Below, in pieces: positions 11,334 through 23,420 of a stretch of 32,836 nucleotides of DNA. Under the pieces are notes generated by a model. The model worked only from the letters and a program-made list of their open reading frames with translations. It did no database searches and was not told the DNA's origin. Source of the stretch: Ginglymostoma cirratum (taxonomy: Eukaryota); the NCBI GenBank assembly GCA_024137785.1, contig JAHRHZ010000002.1:5880172-5913007 (forward strand), given 5' to 3'. Each line of letters begins with the position of its first letter. Position 1 is the stretch's first letter. Both the position numbers and the translations under genes were made by a program.

Positions 11334-12132
11334 CGGAGGCTTGGAGAAGATGCCGGAGAGCTGCTGCCACCAAGTGCCTATTCAGAATTTCACATTGAGA
11401 ACTATCACTACCTGGTTGCTCCACATGACCTGGAAAGAAGCAATTTTAAACAAGGCAAGATTAAATAATAGTGAGATGTTAATTTACGCAAATAGGCCTC
11501 TCACCATTCACCAGCAAGAGTCTCATTGAGACATTAAAACCTTCCATGGATAATGGGGCTTCGCTTTTCTGAACATTGAGAATCTTGTTTTTTCCCTTTT
11601 TTACCATTCTTTCACAATTGACTCGCATATGCCCACCTCACTCAGGAGCAGGAAAGTTTCTGTCACCATTCAACGTAACCCTCCTTTTTTTTTAATTAAT
11701 CCTGTTGTTTTCCCTATATCTGCAATCACTTACAAGATATTTCATGCAGCACCTTCCAGGTATCATTAAAGGTCATTTATCAGAAATGTTCGTCTGAATG
11801 TTAGGTTTGTCACTGGCTGAGCATCAATTTAATTGAATTTCATGAAGGAATTCTCTCCACAAGGCCTATTGATTTTCCTCATTCAATCATCAAAACCCAA
11901 CTCATTAGCTATTGACCCCACCCCTATGGTGCATGTCTCATCCAACTCTAGCCCACTTTTGCAATTCTGCTCCTAATTCGCAGCTTGTATCACTAAAGCA
12001 AATGATCTCGAGTCTTTTCACATGGTTGTTTGTGGAAGCTTGCTGTGCATAAATGGTTTCCCAATTTCTTTCATTGAAAGAATGTTTAACAGGCTAAAGT
12101 GTATACCTCTGCTGTAAAGGTCAGACTCCACT

Positions 12133-12210
12133 CCATGGTAACTAATGACCGAACAATCTTTTCAGCCTCACTGGATTTTGTTATCAGATTTGCTGCACAT
12201 GAGCACCAAT
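12133..12210 (+). promoter_or_regulatory. Putative MHC SXY-like promoter module (X1/X2 and a degenerate Y box), plus CCAAT
   Basis: CCATGGTAACTAATGAC at 12133-12149 resembles an RFX X1 site plus the TGAC of X2. CTCACTGG at 12167 lies 19 bp after the X1 core, where a Y box (CTGATTGG) normally sits. CCAAT at 12206-12210. The module is 95-170 bp upstream of the ATG. Confidence 0.5.
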
Positions 12211-12303
12211 AGGTAGCTTCAGCACAGCGTGGTGTTCAATTGCATACAAGATTATGTTACTTACAGAAGCTTCCCTGCTGGTTAAACAGTTCGTCTTTAC
12301 AAC

Positions 12304-12355
12304 ATGCTCCTTGTTATTTTGCTGCATGTTTACTGTGTGTTCATAGTCTCCTCTG
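12304..12355 (+). CDS. MHC class I-like gene, exon 1 (signal peptide)
   Basis: aacATG...MLLVILLHVYCVFIVSS+G|GTaagc is a hydrophobic 17-aa leader ending VSS, with a strong phase-1 donor that joins in frame to alpha1 (G+AT=Asp). Confidence 0.8.
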
Positions 12356-13029
12356 GTAAGCAATTCAAACAGCTGGTATATGTGGATAGAATTGAAAGGT
12401 ACCTGGAGATTTCAGTGTCAAAGGTTCAGGTTTTGAGTGTTTGATTGTCTTGGGTGCGTCAGTGATCTAGGGCAAGGATTCTCCTTGTACCAGGAGAGAG
12501 AGTCGCAGCGAGAAATCGTGATAAAGATTTGTTTTCCAAGCTCATGATCCAGACAGTTATTTATGGAGATACATCTGTTGTCAAAATGCACATGCAAATA
12601 ATGATCATTGTGTAATGAAGTCTTACAGCTGTAATTTGGAACTGGAATGAAAAGAAAGTAAGGTGAGGGGGGAAAGTAACTGGGAATGCTAATGGAATTT
12701 AAAGAGAAGAATGACACTGGGAAGTAAAAGGAGAGAAAGTGTTAAATGGTAAAGCCTGGGAAAGAAATTTTGCACCACAATTAGGTGGTTATTTAAGCAT
12801 TTTTTTTCATGTAAAGGGCAAAATCAGCATCTGAACCTGAACTGAGGAACAGAAGTGAAACCTACCCACAACTGTGGTGTTGAAGTGGGCATTGCAGGAA
12901 GGTGTGGGGGGTGGAATTAGAGGCGTGGGACATTTAGGCCGAAGGGAGGGGGAAAGGGGTGCATTGCATTTCAGTAGCAAGTGCAGCGAATTCTTTTTAT
13001 GCGTGAATTTTATTCTTTTGGCTTTATCT

Positions 13030-13470
13030 ACACTGAGAACTGTGGATGTTCAGTCGCTTAGTATGTTGAAGGCAGAAGTCAACAGATTTTTAGCTATACA
13101 TGTCATAAAAGAATAGTCCTGGGTAATGGTGTCTAAGTAGGTGATCAGCCATAATCTGGAATGGTGGAGCAGCATTGAGGGGCTGATGGGTCTCTCCTGC
13201 TCCGAAGTCTCTCCCTTTGTTTTCCACTCCACATTTTGCTTCCTACCAATTTGCTGTTTCTGGTGGTGAGGCTAGAAATCTGCCACAAATGTTAGTGATT
13301 GTGTAACAATGCATAAATGGGACTTTGTCTGATTTACAGGAGGTGATGAATGGAGTCCCACAATGCTCTGTACTGGAGCTTCGACCTTTCACTTTTGACT
13401 TAGGTGAAGGGAATGAAAGTGTGGTAGCTAAACTTGCAAGTGACACAAAGATAGGAAAGTATGATGTGAA
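13030..13470 (+). mobile_element. CR1 LINE fragments
   Basis: CR1 tail (gatcagccataatctggaatggtggagcag) and RT remnants (ggagtcccacaatgctctgtactgg; gctaaacttgcaagtgacacaaagatagg). Confidence 0.7.
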
Positions 13471-13835
13471 GAAAGTATAAGGAGTGGACGCTTCCCAGCC
13501 CCTGAACAATGTGGCCCATGGCGGGGAAGTAAGGAAAATTGCATTAGATGGCTAGCAAGGAGCTTCTCAATGGCAAGAGCAACTGGTCCCACTTTCAATC
13601 CAAGTGCTGAAGATTGAATGGTGAGAGGCCTACACACTATTATCGTATTATTAGTTTATTTCACTCCATTATTATGCAGTTTGGCACTCTCCCATTTGAT
13701 GGATAGAAACTCGACAATGACAATGACAATGATTTATAACTGATTGGATTTATTGTAGTCACATGTACCGAAGCACAGTGAAGTTTTGTTTTGTAAGAAG
13801 CTCAGGCAGATCATAGTAAACAAGGACATACAGAT

Positions 13836-14037
13836 AGCAAGGTGTAGAAATGGAGGAACACAGCAGGTCAAGCAGCATCAGAGGAGCAGGAAGGCTGACG
13901 TTTTTGGGCCTAGACCCTTCTTCAGAAACCGAAACGTCAGCCTTCCTGCTCCTCTGATGCTGTTTGGCCTGCTGCGTGCATCCAGCTCTACACCTTGCTA
14001 TCTCAGATTCTTCAGCATCTGCAGTTCCTACTATCTA
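13836..14037. mobile_element. Short Penelope-derived insertion (second subfamily) with inverted halves
   Basis: Tail sequence present in both orientations. Flanked by the 14-bp direct repeat AAGGACATACAGAT (13822-13835) / AAGGACATTCAGAT (14038-14051). Confidence 0.85.
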
Positions 14038-16113
14038 AAGGACATTCAGATCATGGGTTTTTAGTAAGAGTGAAGCATACAGATTCCAGCTTCACAGGAG
14101 GTGCACAATTCCCAACACAAAGGACAGAACAGATATCTAGCAGCTCCAGCTTGCTGAAAGCTCCTCTAAATGTTTGTCTTGGACTCACTTGATAGGCATC
14201 AAATGCACGGGCCCCCATCTGCTGAGTTTGATATCGAACTAGTATGATCCTCGCTGGACCCTGATGGTTCATCTCTGCACTTTCTGCACTTTAACGTTGC
14301 ATTTAGAATGCACCAACACCTTTCTTTGGAAGGCTACTGCAAGGACACATTGTGTGTAGGGATAGCGCCCATCATATCGACTGGACCTGGCTGCATCTGA
14401 GGGTCTGCTCAATTGTTCTGTTAGCAGTCATTCACTTTGTGTCTGCTTTGATGTCGTTGCCTTGCATTTCACCCTTCAGCTGCACTTTTGAAGGGCCCAA
14501 TTCTACTCCTATGTCTTATGGTCTTATGGGTTACACATGTTACTGCATGGCACCATGCTATGTCAATTTCACAGCTATGGCATGCACCAGCAGACCGCGC
14601 AGCAAACACGCTGTGATTGCTTTAGCCAAATAGTTATGTCTGAAAGTTTAAGGGGAGTGGTCCTCAGACACTCGAATGTGGTTCGGGAGAAGCTGTCTAT
14701 TCGCAGTTCAAGTACTTGGGCATGGTCAGTCATCCACTTGGGGCTGTCAGGGTCAGGGACTCTGAATTGCTCCAGTTTGGGAGGTGGCCCATTGTAAGTC
14801 CAACAGGTTTATGTCTGTGGATTCACTGTAAGGCATTTGGGGAACGTCACAGAGATCATTCAGAGCCTGGTCAGTAATCATTTAGGGCTATTCCTTCAGA
14901 TCAGTAAGGGGAATAGGCCATAGTCAGTCCTTGGGTTCAGTATAATGAAAATGATGTGGTGGAGGGAAGCTATCAGGGGACCCTACTTTGAGAGGGAAAT
15001 GGGAAAAGTTAATTCTGAGGATTGGAACCAAGGGGACAAGGAGGATGAAGGGAGGAAATGGGACACATTAGGAGGGGAGAACTATCATGCAGAGGAGGAC
15101 ATGGAATATCGTGGGAGACGTGTTATCCAACAGTAGCTGTCAATATGGCCTTGATGAGAGGACTGTGGAGCATGATAGGGGGCTGGCCCAAACTGTGGGG
15201 ACATGGTTCAAGCAGTAAGGATGATAGTTGCAGACATATTTCCAGGCAGTAGATGGAAACAAGTGGAGGGTGAGGGCTCAATGGGCTGTCTAGGAAGTGC
15301 CAGGAAGAAAGCAATATGGAGACTCTGTAGAGTTGGGGGAGCGGGCATGGGGTAGGCCTCTCTTGATTCCCATATTGAGCCTGCAACTCACTGTGCCAAG
15401 CTGTTCCACATTCACCCGATTCCTAATGTGAACTGCAAATGGAAAATGGCTGCAACCACAGCCAGAGTGGGTGGAATCAGTGTTTTGATTCTGTTCTAAC
15501 ACACAATGGTCCATTTCTGAGCAATGGGTGGCCTTTCAAGGGTAAATGCATTAATCATGCACTTGCAGAGTACAGGTATATCTGTATTCACAGCATCAGA
15601 CATGTGAAATGCAAGCAAAGTCCAATTGTGTGGGGTTCAAATCCCAGTCACAAGCAATCCTGATCATATCATTTCTGACTGAATACAGCCATCTTTATGA
15701 AACAGAAGTAATCAAGGGGATGTTAAAGGTGGTACCTACAGATGACAAGCTCGAAGCTAATGTATGATCTAATAGGCTACACAAGGGCAAGCAGGTAACT
15801 CTCTCTCACCCTGAACTGTAAATACACTCCAGTATGATCATACATGCAATTTGCCCTTTCCCAGATGGTGTAGGGTTGGGAGCACAATGTATCAGTACTC
15901 ATAGAGCATTTATAATCTCCTACTATCTCTTTGCTTCATTCATCTGAGTAAGGTCCCATGTCAAAATTTAATATACAGGTATTCTATGATCTTCCTTGTT
16001 GTAGTCCTCCATGCCTCCATCTGTGAAGCTAAAGCATCATTTAATAGCGACTCACACCACTGAAGGACCTGTTCTGTTTCTGATATTGTCCAGTTTCATT
16101 AAAACTGTGGCTG

Positions 16114-17150
16114 ATGGATCAAGCTAGGGCAGGGGTTATAGTTGCTATTGCTGAGGTGTCTCTGTGGTGCAGAGAGATTGAGGAGGAACAGATACACCAG
16201 CAAGCCCAGGACAAGCAAGAACCTCCAGGGGCTGCTGAACAGCTTCCAGATGAGCAGTCCCGATACGCAGGAGATAGAGAAGGGCCAGAATTGTTTGTCC
16301 TTGTTTCTATTTGCTGCAAAATGTGGAAGGTATAGTGTTGCTGCAAGGATGAAGCTGTCCCTTGATGCTCTCATAGAACTTTTCCAACTACTGGAGCAGG
16401 ACCTGGAGGAGGGCTGGGCAGTCATCCCATCCTGGAGGCCATCTGGCCTCCTTTGAAGCTCCATTGAATGTTGATGCAGCTGGTTCCTTCCAAGGAGTAC
16501 TGGGTCCCGATTTGAAGCCTTTCAGTCCTCAATCCACAAATGGATGAAGGCCATTCCTATGCAATTTGTACCAGATCACAATCTTTCGTCTTATTTCCCC
16601 ATGACTAAGTCAATTCCGCAGCCTACACAATGGGCCTTCCTGAAGTGCAACACACAATAGGCTGTACATATGTCATGACTGTGTTAATCAATTGAAAAGG
16701 CTTCTAACTCATTGAAATACAAACCATCTGTAGTCCAGATATGCTGGAACCAGCTGTGGTGCCTTGAGAACTTTTATGTTCCCGCTGCATTTCAATGGCC
16801 AGAAGCCTGGCAAGAATGGTTACCGAGAGACAAGGGCAACCCACTGTGACCATGACTGATGTCTCTATTAAGCAAACTTCTGACTGAGGTGAAGACAAGA
16901 TATGATACAGCACACTCTTCAACAAGGGCCATGATGGAGCACACAATAGGCCTGCTGAAGATGAGGTTCCACTTTTAGGATCAGCCTGGGGAAGCCTTGA
17001 GGTAGCTCTGGACAGCATACATTGCTTAATCCTGACATGCTGTGGGCTGCAGAACTACAGCAGGCTAAAAGGAGATGTGTTGGAGGCTGAAGATCTGGAA
17101 GGATAGCAATTGTCATCTAAGAAGGAAGATATGGACTTTGAACAGGAGGA
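16114..17150 (+). mobile_element. Decayed PIF/Harbinger (HARBI1-like) DDE transposase
   Basis: Fragments in the correct order: LSLDALIELFQLLEQDL, AAGSFQG, QSSIHKW, GLPEVQHTIGCTYV (cf. GFPxVxGAIDCTHV), LIN*KGF, WLPRDKGNPL*P*LM (cf. WLLGDxGYPLxxWLM), TRAMMEHTIGLLKMRF, TCCGLQN. Multiple stops and frameshifts. Confidence 0.85.
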
Positions 17151-17549
17151 AAATCACCAACTGCGGTGATTGAGCAGTATTGGGTGCTACCAGCCAAACA
17201 GGATTTAAATGACACCCAGTTCCAATAGACGTGAGCTGGGTGCAGTGATCAGTCAATGATTGTAAATTTGTTGAAGCTCAAAAGGCAAGCAATTCCTATC
17301 TCTTCCAGGAGTCAGATGCAACTTCTGCTTGTTTGATTTCTGTTTGCTTTTGCTATTACTGAAAGAAGTGAAACGTCTGAATCATTGAAATCTTTTCCTT
17401 AATCGTCCCACATTCAACAATATAAAATAATGGGCAACACTGGGCATTGGGAGAATGATAGCGCTGAATTAGAAAGGACATTAAGATGGTATGTGGTAAA
17501 GACAGATAAGCTGTGGGTGGTTAAACAGTGGTAGATATACAAATGTACA

Positions 17550-17830
17550 CTTGGAGTCATAGGGATGTACAGCACAGAAACAGAACCTTTGGTCCAACTC
17601 ATCCATGCCAAACTGATATTCCAAATTAATCTAGTTCCATTTGTCAGCATTTGGTCCATATCCCTCTAAACCCTTCCTACTATTATACCAACCTGATGCT
17701 TTTTAAATGTTGTAATTGTACCCGCCTCGACCACCTCCTCTGGCAGCTCCTTCCATACGTGTAGCACCCTCTGTGTGAAAAAGTTGCTCTTAGGTCCCTT
17801 TTAAATCTTTCCCCTTTCACTTTAAACCCT
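17550..17830 (-). mobile_element. CR1 LINE 3' end
   Basis: Reverse complement matches the + strand CR1 tail at 28770-29020. Confidence 0.85.
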
Positions 17831-18199
17831 GCATATTAGTTGTGTACTCCCATGTGGCCTGAGCAGTTTATTAGTTGCTATCCTACAATGTGCAAGGTAA
17901 AGGGGAACTCTGGACTGCCAGCAATTGACCCGTTGGGCCACAAAGAATTCAATTGCCGTGGACCATGAGATATCCTGGCAGTGGCAAATACCTCTGCTTA
18001 TGGTGAGTGGGAGAATAGAATGTGCTGGGTGCTGTAAGGATGTGGTGTGTAGCTAAAGAGGTGAGTTTGGGACAAAAGCTGCATAGCATGCAAAACAATA
18101 CTTTCATTGTATACATTTGACAATAGTAAATCAAAACCTGCTAGGCTTCGTGGGGCATATACCTAAAATGGCACTGAGCCAATTTCAGGTAATTTCCAG

Positions 18200-19830
18200 C
18201 TCAAGGAGTTTGTAGAAGGATGCAAATTGGTTAATTGAGTAGGTAAGAATCTGGCAGAAGAAGTATGTCATTAGAAAATGTGAAATTGTTCACTTTGGCA
18301 GGAAAAACAAAAAAGGAGGGAATCACTAAGACACAGAGTGACTACAGAATTCTGAAACATGCAGTGACTTTGATGTTCTTATGTATGACTGACAGAAAGT
18401 TAACATGCAGGTACAACACATAATTGAGAAGGTTAATAGTCATGATTACATGAGAGACTAAACATATGTGTTGTGCTTCAGGTATACAGAGCTTTGGTGA
18501 GACCACATCTCAAATACTGTGTGTTGTCCACTTAAGGAAGGATGTAAATACATTGGAGGGGGATCAGACGAGGTTTACTACATTGATACCTTGAATGAGC
18601 GGCTTGTCTAATGAGGCTAGATTGGACTTGGGTTTGCTTTGACTGGATATTTACATATATTGCAGAAAATGTTGTTCTTCCTTGTCTTCAACACCCCATT
18701 CCTTTTCAAAACGCATCAACTCCTTTCAAACCACATTTTAGCTGTGATTTTCCTCACTTCTTTAAAGTACTCACGGGCCTCCTTGCTTGCCAGCTCTGCA
18801 TCCTGTCCAGTCTCATGTTCCTACTTACTATTTTCACTGCTCCAACTCTGGGTTATGCTTCCCCCACCCATCGCTATTAACTTTGTTCTGGTGGTTACAC
18901 CTCCATTCTCTCATGTTCCTGCCCTCCTTCAATACATCTGTCTTGAGTCTTCCTTCCTCCAGAATACAAAATCGTGGACCATCTTCTACCTGACTGCCCT
19001 TTTGTGGTTTCCTTTCTGCGCAGCTTCTCTGTGTACACAAAGAATGGTGTATTAATGTGACCCGTTGCATACAATCAAAACATGTCTCCCTTGAGCCTTT
19101 TCCATGTTACAGTTATATGGTTGCAGATCTTTAACTTAACCACATGTATTCACCTTGGATCCATAACTCTCAAACAGACACAGCAGGTGGTAAAGAAGGA
19201 AAATGGTACGTTGGCCTTCATGGCGAGAAGATACGGGAGCAGTGATGCATTTCTGCAATTGTAAAGGGTTGGTGAGACCACACCTGGAGAGTATTGTGAG
19301 CAGTTTTGATCACCTTATCTGAGAAAGGACATTCTGGTTATGGAGGGTATGTAACAAAGGTTTACCAGCCTGATTCCTGGGATGGCAGGACTGACGTATG
19401 AAGTGAGACAGGATTGGATAAGACTATATTTCCTGGAGTTTAGATGATTGAGGGAGATCTCTTAGAGAACTATAAAATTCTAATAGGACCAGGCAGGGTA
19501 AATGCAGGAATGGTATTCTTGATGACTGGGGAATACAAAACTAGGGGTCACAGTCTAAGAATATGGAGTAGGCCATTTAGGACTGAGACGAGGAGAAATG
19601 TCTTCATCCAGAAAGTGGTGAGCCTGTGGAATTTTCTGCTACAGAAGGTGGTTGAGACCCAAATATTGAATGTTTTTCAGAAGGATTTAGATGTATTTCT
19701 GAGGGCGAAAAGGATCAAACGGTATGGGGAGAAAGCAAGAACAGAGTACTGGAGTTGAATGATCAGCCATAATCATATTGAATAGCAGCGCAGACTCAAA
19801 GGGCCGAATGGCCTACTCCTGGTCCTTTTT
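18200..19830. mobile_element. Cluster of CR1 LINE fragments (+ strand at ~18200-18640 and ~19170-19830; probable - strand piece between)
   Basis: Translated remnants LVRPHLKYCV, GDLLENYKIL, TRGHSLRIWSRPFRTETRRNVFIQKVVSLWN; tail gggccgaatggcctactcctg. Confidence 0.8.
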
Positions 19831-20599
19831 ATACAAACTCTTTGTGTAACAGAATGCTCTCAATCTGTTCTCAAACAAGTAACTGACCCTCCAGCTTCAA
19901 TTGCTTTTTGCAGAGAATGTGTTGCAGATTTCTAGTCTCCTTAGCATGAGGAAAAGCTTTCTAAAATCATTGGTGCCTTATTCAGGCCTCACCCTCTTGA
20001 GAAATTTCTTTAAATTTGGTAACTGGATGTTAACTTCCCTGGAAAATAAGCAGCATTTATTACCCACTGCTATAATTTTCGCTCTATCCATTCTACCAAA
20101 TTCTTAATCACCTAATTTACAGAACCAGTCACACTTCATTCCTGAAGGGAGAATTAATCTAACCTGTACAACCTAGGCTCATATTTTAATGCTCTGGAAT
20201 CAAATCACTTCACAAAAGGAATGAAGTATCTCACAAGACACCTGTGATCAGACAGCGGATGTATTTCAATGGCTCTGGGGCCTTTCTTGAGGTTGTGACA
20301 GGTCCCATATAAATGTGAATTATTTCTGAACCTCCTCCTGCTACACTAGCAGGGTGACACTGAAATTTGATGTAGATTCTAATCTTGTCCTTTGTTTCCT
20401 TCTTCAGCTCACAATGAACTTTGACACTGTCTAGTCTGTTGGTTAGGCCCAAGAATTTTTTCTTGTTTCTGAGCAATTACTGTCATTTATTACAGTTTCT
20501 GAATGAGTAAAGGCCAAAATGAACTTGTGTTTCTGCTTATGAAGGCAATTAGCTGCTGCACTGACAATACTTCAAGCAGTGTCAGAGATAATCATCTTA

Positions 20600-21852
20600 A
20601 TATGTATGTTTAATAAATGGGCATATATTGGACAATGTCATACTGCAATTTGAGTTTGGAACTTTGTGTGTTACTAATTAACTTGCTTTTCTGTAGCCAT
20701 GTTGTGAGCTACATTGGCAGGCTAAATGCTTTCTATTTACTTTAGGAAGTTACAACCTATTAAGATTGGCAATTGTACCTCAAAGCTTATGAAATACATA
20801 AAGGTCGGGGTTTTTTTAAGGTGATCAGAGACTTAACTTAAAGGGAGACTTATGGTCTCGGTTCTATTTGGAATCGGGTGGTTCTTTGATGGAGATGGTT
20901 GCAAACAGCAGTGCTCCTTCAAAAGGGAGAGTATAATGAAGCCGGATTACCATACAGTAATGAGTTAATGATAATCCCAAACCAAATATGTTGGGATAAA
21001 ACCCTTAAGAGACTCCTTGAAGCTGAGTATATTTAAGCTCAGGTGTATGTTAGCTATGAGCTCCAGAAAAAGCTATCAATGTCTCTAGTCTAGGAGTTAA
21101 GTCAGTTATCTTAAATCTATGTAAGTATTAGGGAAACAGATTCTGGTTTGTGTACTGTACAAGGGTTGCTGTTCAGCACTTCCAATGGCGTTGTTTGTTT
21201 TGTGAAACTTAGAATCCCTACAGTGTGGAAACAGGCTATTCAGCCCTATGCATACTGATTCGCTGAAGGGCATCCCACTCAGAATCACCTCACACCCTAT
21301 CCCTGTAACTCTGCATTTCCCATGGCCAATCCACCTAACTTGCACCTCCCTGGACACTATATGGGCAATTTAGCATGGCCAATCCACCTAACCTGCACAT
21401 CTTCGCACTGTGGGAGGGAACCAGAGCACCTGGAGGAAACTCTCACAGATGCAGGGAGAATGTACAAACTCCACACAGATGGTCGCCTGAGGATGGAATC
21501 AAACTCGAGTCTCTGGCATTGTGAGACAGCAGTGCTAACCACTGAGCTACCGTGAAAGCCACCCTGAAAGAAGCATTAATGGGGTTATAGTTTTACAGTG
21601 TGTTAAAAACTCTGAATTTGTTTTATAAGTAAATAGATTTATTGGTTTATTCTATTTTGCCTCTGTTTAATTTGCATAATAAACCTCTGTTGTTTTGCTA
21701 TAACAAATTTGCAACATTTCATATTTCTGTATTTGTGAGAGACCACCTCAATTACCTAGAATGAAACAAAAATATGATCTATCAAGTCAGATCCCAGTCC
21801 ATGATCTCAACTGAGATCTGACTTGTCCAATAATAACATCAGCTGGGATCAC
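20600..21852 (+). mobile_element. Probable solo LTR interrupted by a SINE (boundaries approximate)
   Basis: TATA-like tatttaa at ~21029, AATAAA at ~21678, and an end (gatctgacttgtccaataataacatcagctgggatca) resembling LTR termini recalled from shark genomes. Confidence 0.35.
21210..21555 (-). mobile_element. HE1-type tRNA-derived SINE
   Basis: Reverse complement starts cacggtagctcagtggttagcactgctg (A box) and has a B-box-like gagtttgattcc. Colinear with the copy at 26440-26785; CR1-like tail. Confidence 0.9.
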
Positions 21853-22488
21853 CTGTACCAAACTGTGGTGGTAGAATCATCAATTTTTTTAACATGACTG
21901 TCTGGTTTCCATTGCAAGAGAAGACAGGAAATCTTGGTTTCTGGATCCCTCACAGTCAATATAAATCCTATAAATCCCACCCTATGTTTGTTTTAATGAT
22001 GGTTAGTTCCTGCCCTCACTGACAGTTTAGACATTTTCATCAGAGCCCTTCAACTATCTCAGTCTCACTGAAAAGAATCTCAATCTGCCCTCCTTGCTCA
22101 GGCCCACCATGCTCAGGAATGACCTGGGCAAAAAATCTATCACCAGCTTTCAATCACCTTGATATCCTCCTTAACAAGGTACAAAATGATCAAATATTCA
22201 AACTATGCTCTTTGGAAATCTTTATAAGAATGTTGTGGAGTAGACTTAACGTGGACTTAAACTGAGCGTAAAATAGGAAGGAACACACACGAGGTGGGGT
22301 TCAGACAGGAAAATGGAATCAAGTCATGCTGTTATTGATTAGTAAGCAGTTGGAGGAGCAACCTGGCTTATTCCTGTTTTCTTTTTATATTCAAGTTGAA
22401 CATTAATCTGTTATTCTCACAGTTATACTCACAGTTATTTTACAATCAATGACGATTATAGGACTGTTTCCTCTCTGTAATCCTTCAG

Positions 22489-22749
22489 ATTTTCACGCCC
22501 TCACATTTTACTACTTACTGAACCTTGGCCAGGCTGAACTGCCTGAGTACAGTTTGTTGGCGATGCTAGATGACTACCACATAATTTATTTCGACAGCAC
22601 ACTGGAGTTGTGCGTACCCAGACAACACTGGATGGCACAATCCTTCCCAAAGGATCACTGGGCCATGATGACTATCACAATGGCAGGATTACACGGTCTT
22701 GTAAAAGGAAACATTGAGATATTTTACCAACAACACCATGGAGGTTCTG
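22489..22749 (+). CDS. MHC class I-like gene, exon 2 (alpha1 domain, 87 aa)
   Basis: ccttcAG|AT...TCTG|GTaggt, 261 nt, phase 1-1. Translates DFHALTFYYLLNLGQAELPEYSLLAMLDDYHIIYFDSTLELCVPRQHWMAQSFPKDHWAMMTITMAGLHGLVKGNIEIFYQQHHGGS, with class I hallmarks H3, LPEY, MLDD, YFDS, PRxxWM and W60. Confidence 0.95.
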
Positions 22750-23085
22750 GTAGGTGTTTTCACAACAACGGTGAAGTAACTAATTTGTATTGAGACAGTG
22801 TCATAGTAACATCCTGAACTGTTTCACACAGGGAACCGGTAATGGAATTAGCTGGATGTTGTCACTTTCTGGGAATAACGCAGAAAGCATTAGTGCACAG
22901 CAAAATCAATGAGGTGATTCACTTGCTTTTGTTTGCGTACAAGAAGTGAAACCACCAGCATCTCAGTAGCTTGATTGAACAGGGAGAACCTTGTTTTAAA
23001 TAATCTATATGATGGCATTTTTGACAAGGCAGCATTCAGTATTGCCTTTCAGACAGTGAAGCTCTCTTCAGTACTCCACCTCGAA

Positions 23086-23420
23086 AAGTGCAACACTCAT
23101 TCAGTACCTTACTGTAATTCTGAAATTGCAGCACTCCCGAGCGCTGTTCATTTCACAATGCAGCATTCCGTCAGTACTGATCTATGGACAGCGCAGCACT
23201 CCCTCAGTACTGACCGTCTGACAGTGCGGCACTCCCTCAGCACTGACCCTCTGACAGTGCGGCACTCCCTCAGCACTGACCCTCTGACAGTGCGGCACTC
23301 CCTCAGCACTGACCCTCTGTCAGTGCAGCACTTACTCAGTGCATTTAGCCTGATAGTGCAGTTCTGTCTCAGTGCTGATGCTCCAAGGGGCAGTACCCAT
23401 CAGGACTGACCTGCTGATGA
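23086..23420. repeat. 33-bp minisatellite CTGACAGTGCGGCACTCCCTCAGCACTGACCCT
   Basis: Three perfect copies at 23218-23316, with progressively degenerate copies on both sides. Confidence 0.95.

Noticed and set aside
18611-19055. Hydrophobic 138-aa and 89-aa ORFs resembling membrane proteins
   Set aside because: They lie among CR1 fragments, are consistent with antisense reading of purine-rich LINE sequence, and show no exon structure.
22975-23409. 144-aa ORF with TVRHSLSTDPL repeats; also a superficially CRISPR-like repeat array
   Set aside because: It is a translation of a head-to-tail 33-bp minisatellite with no unique spacers, located in a vertebrate intron.
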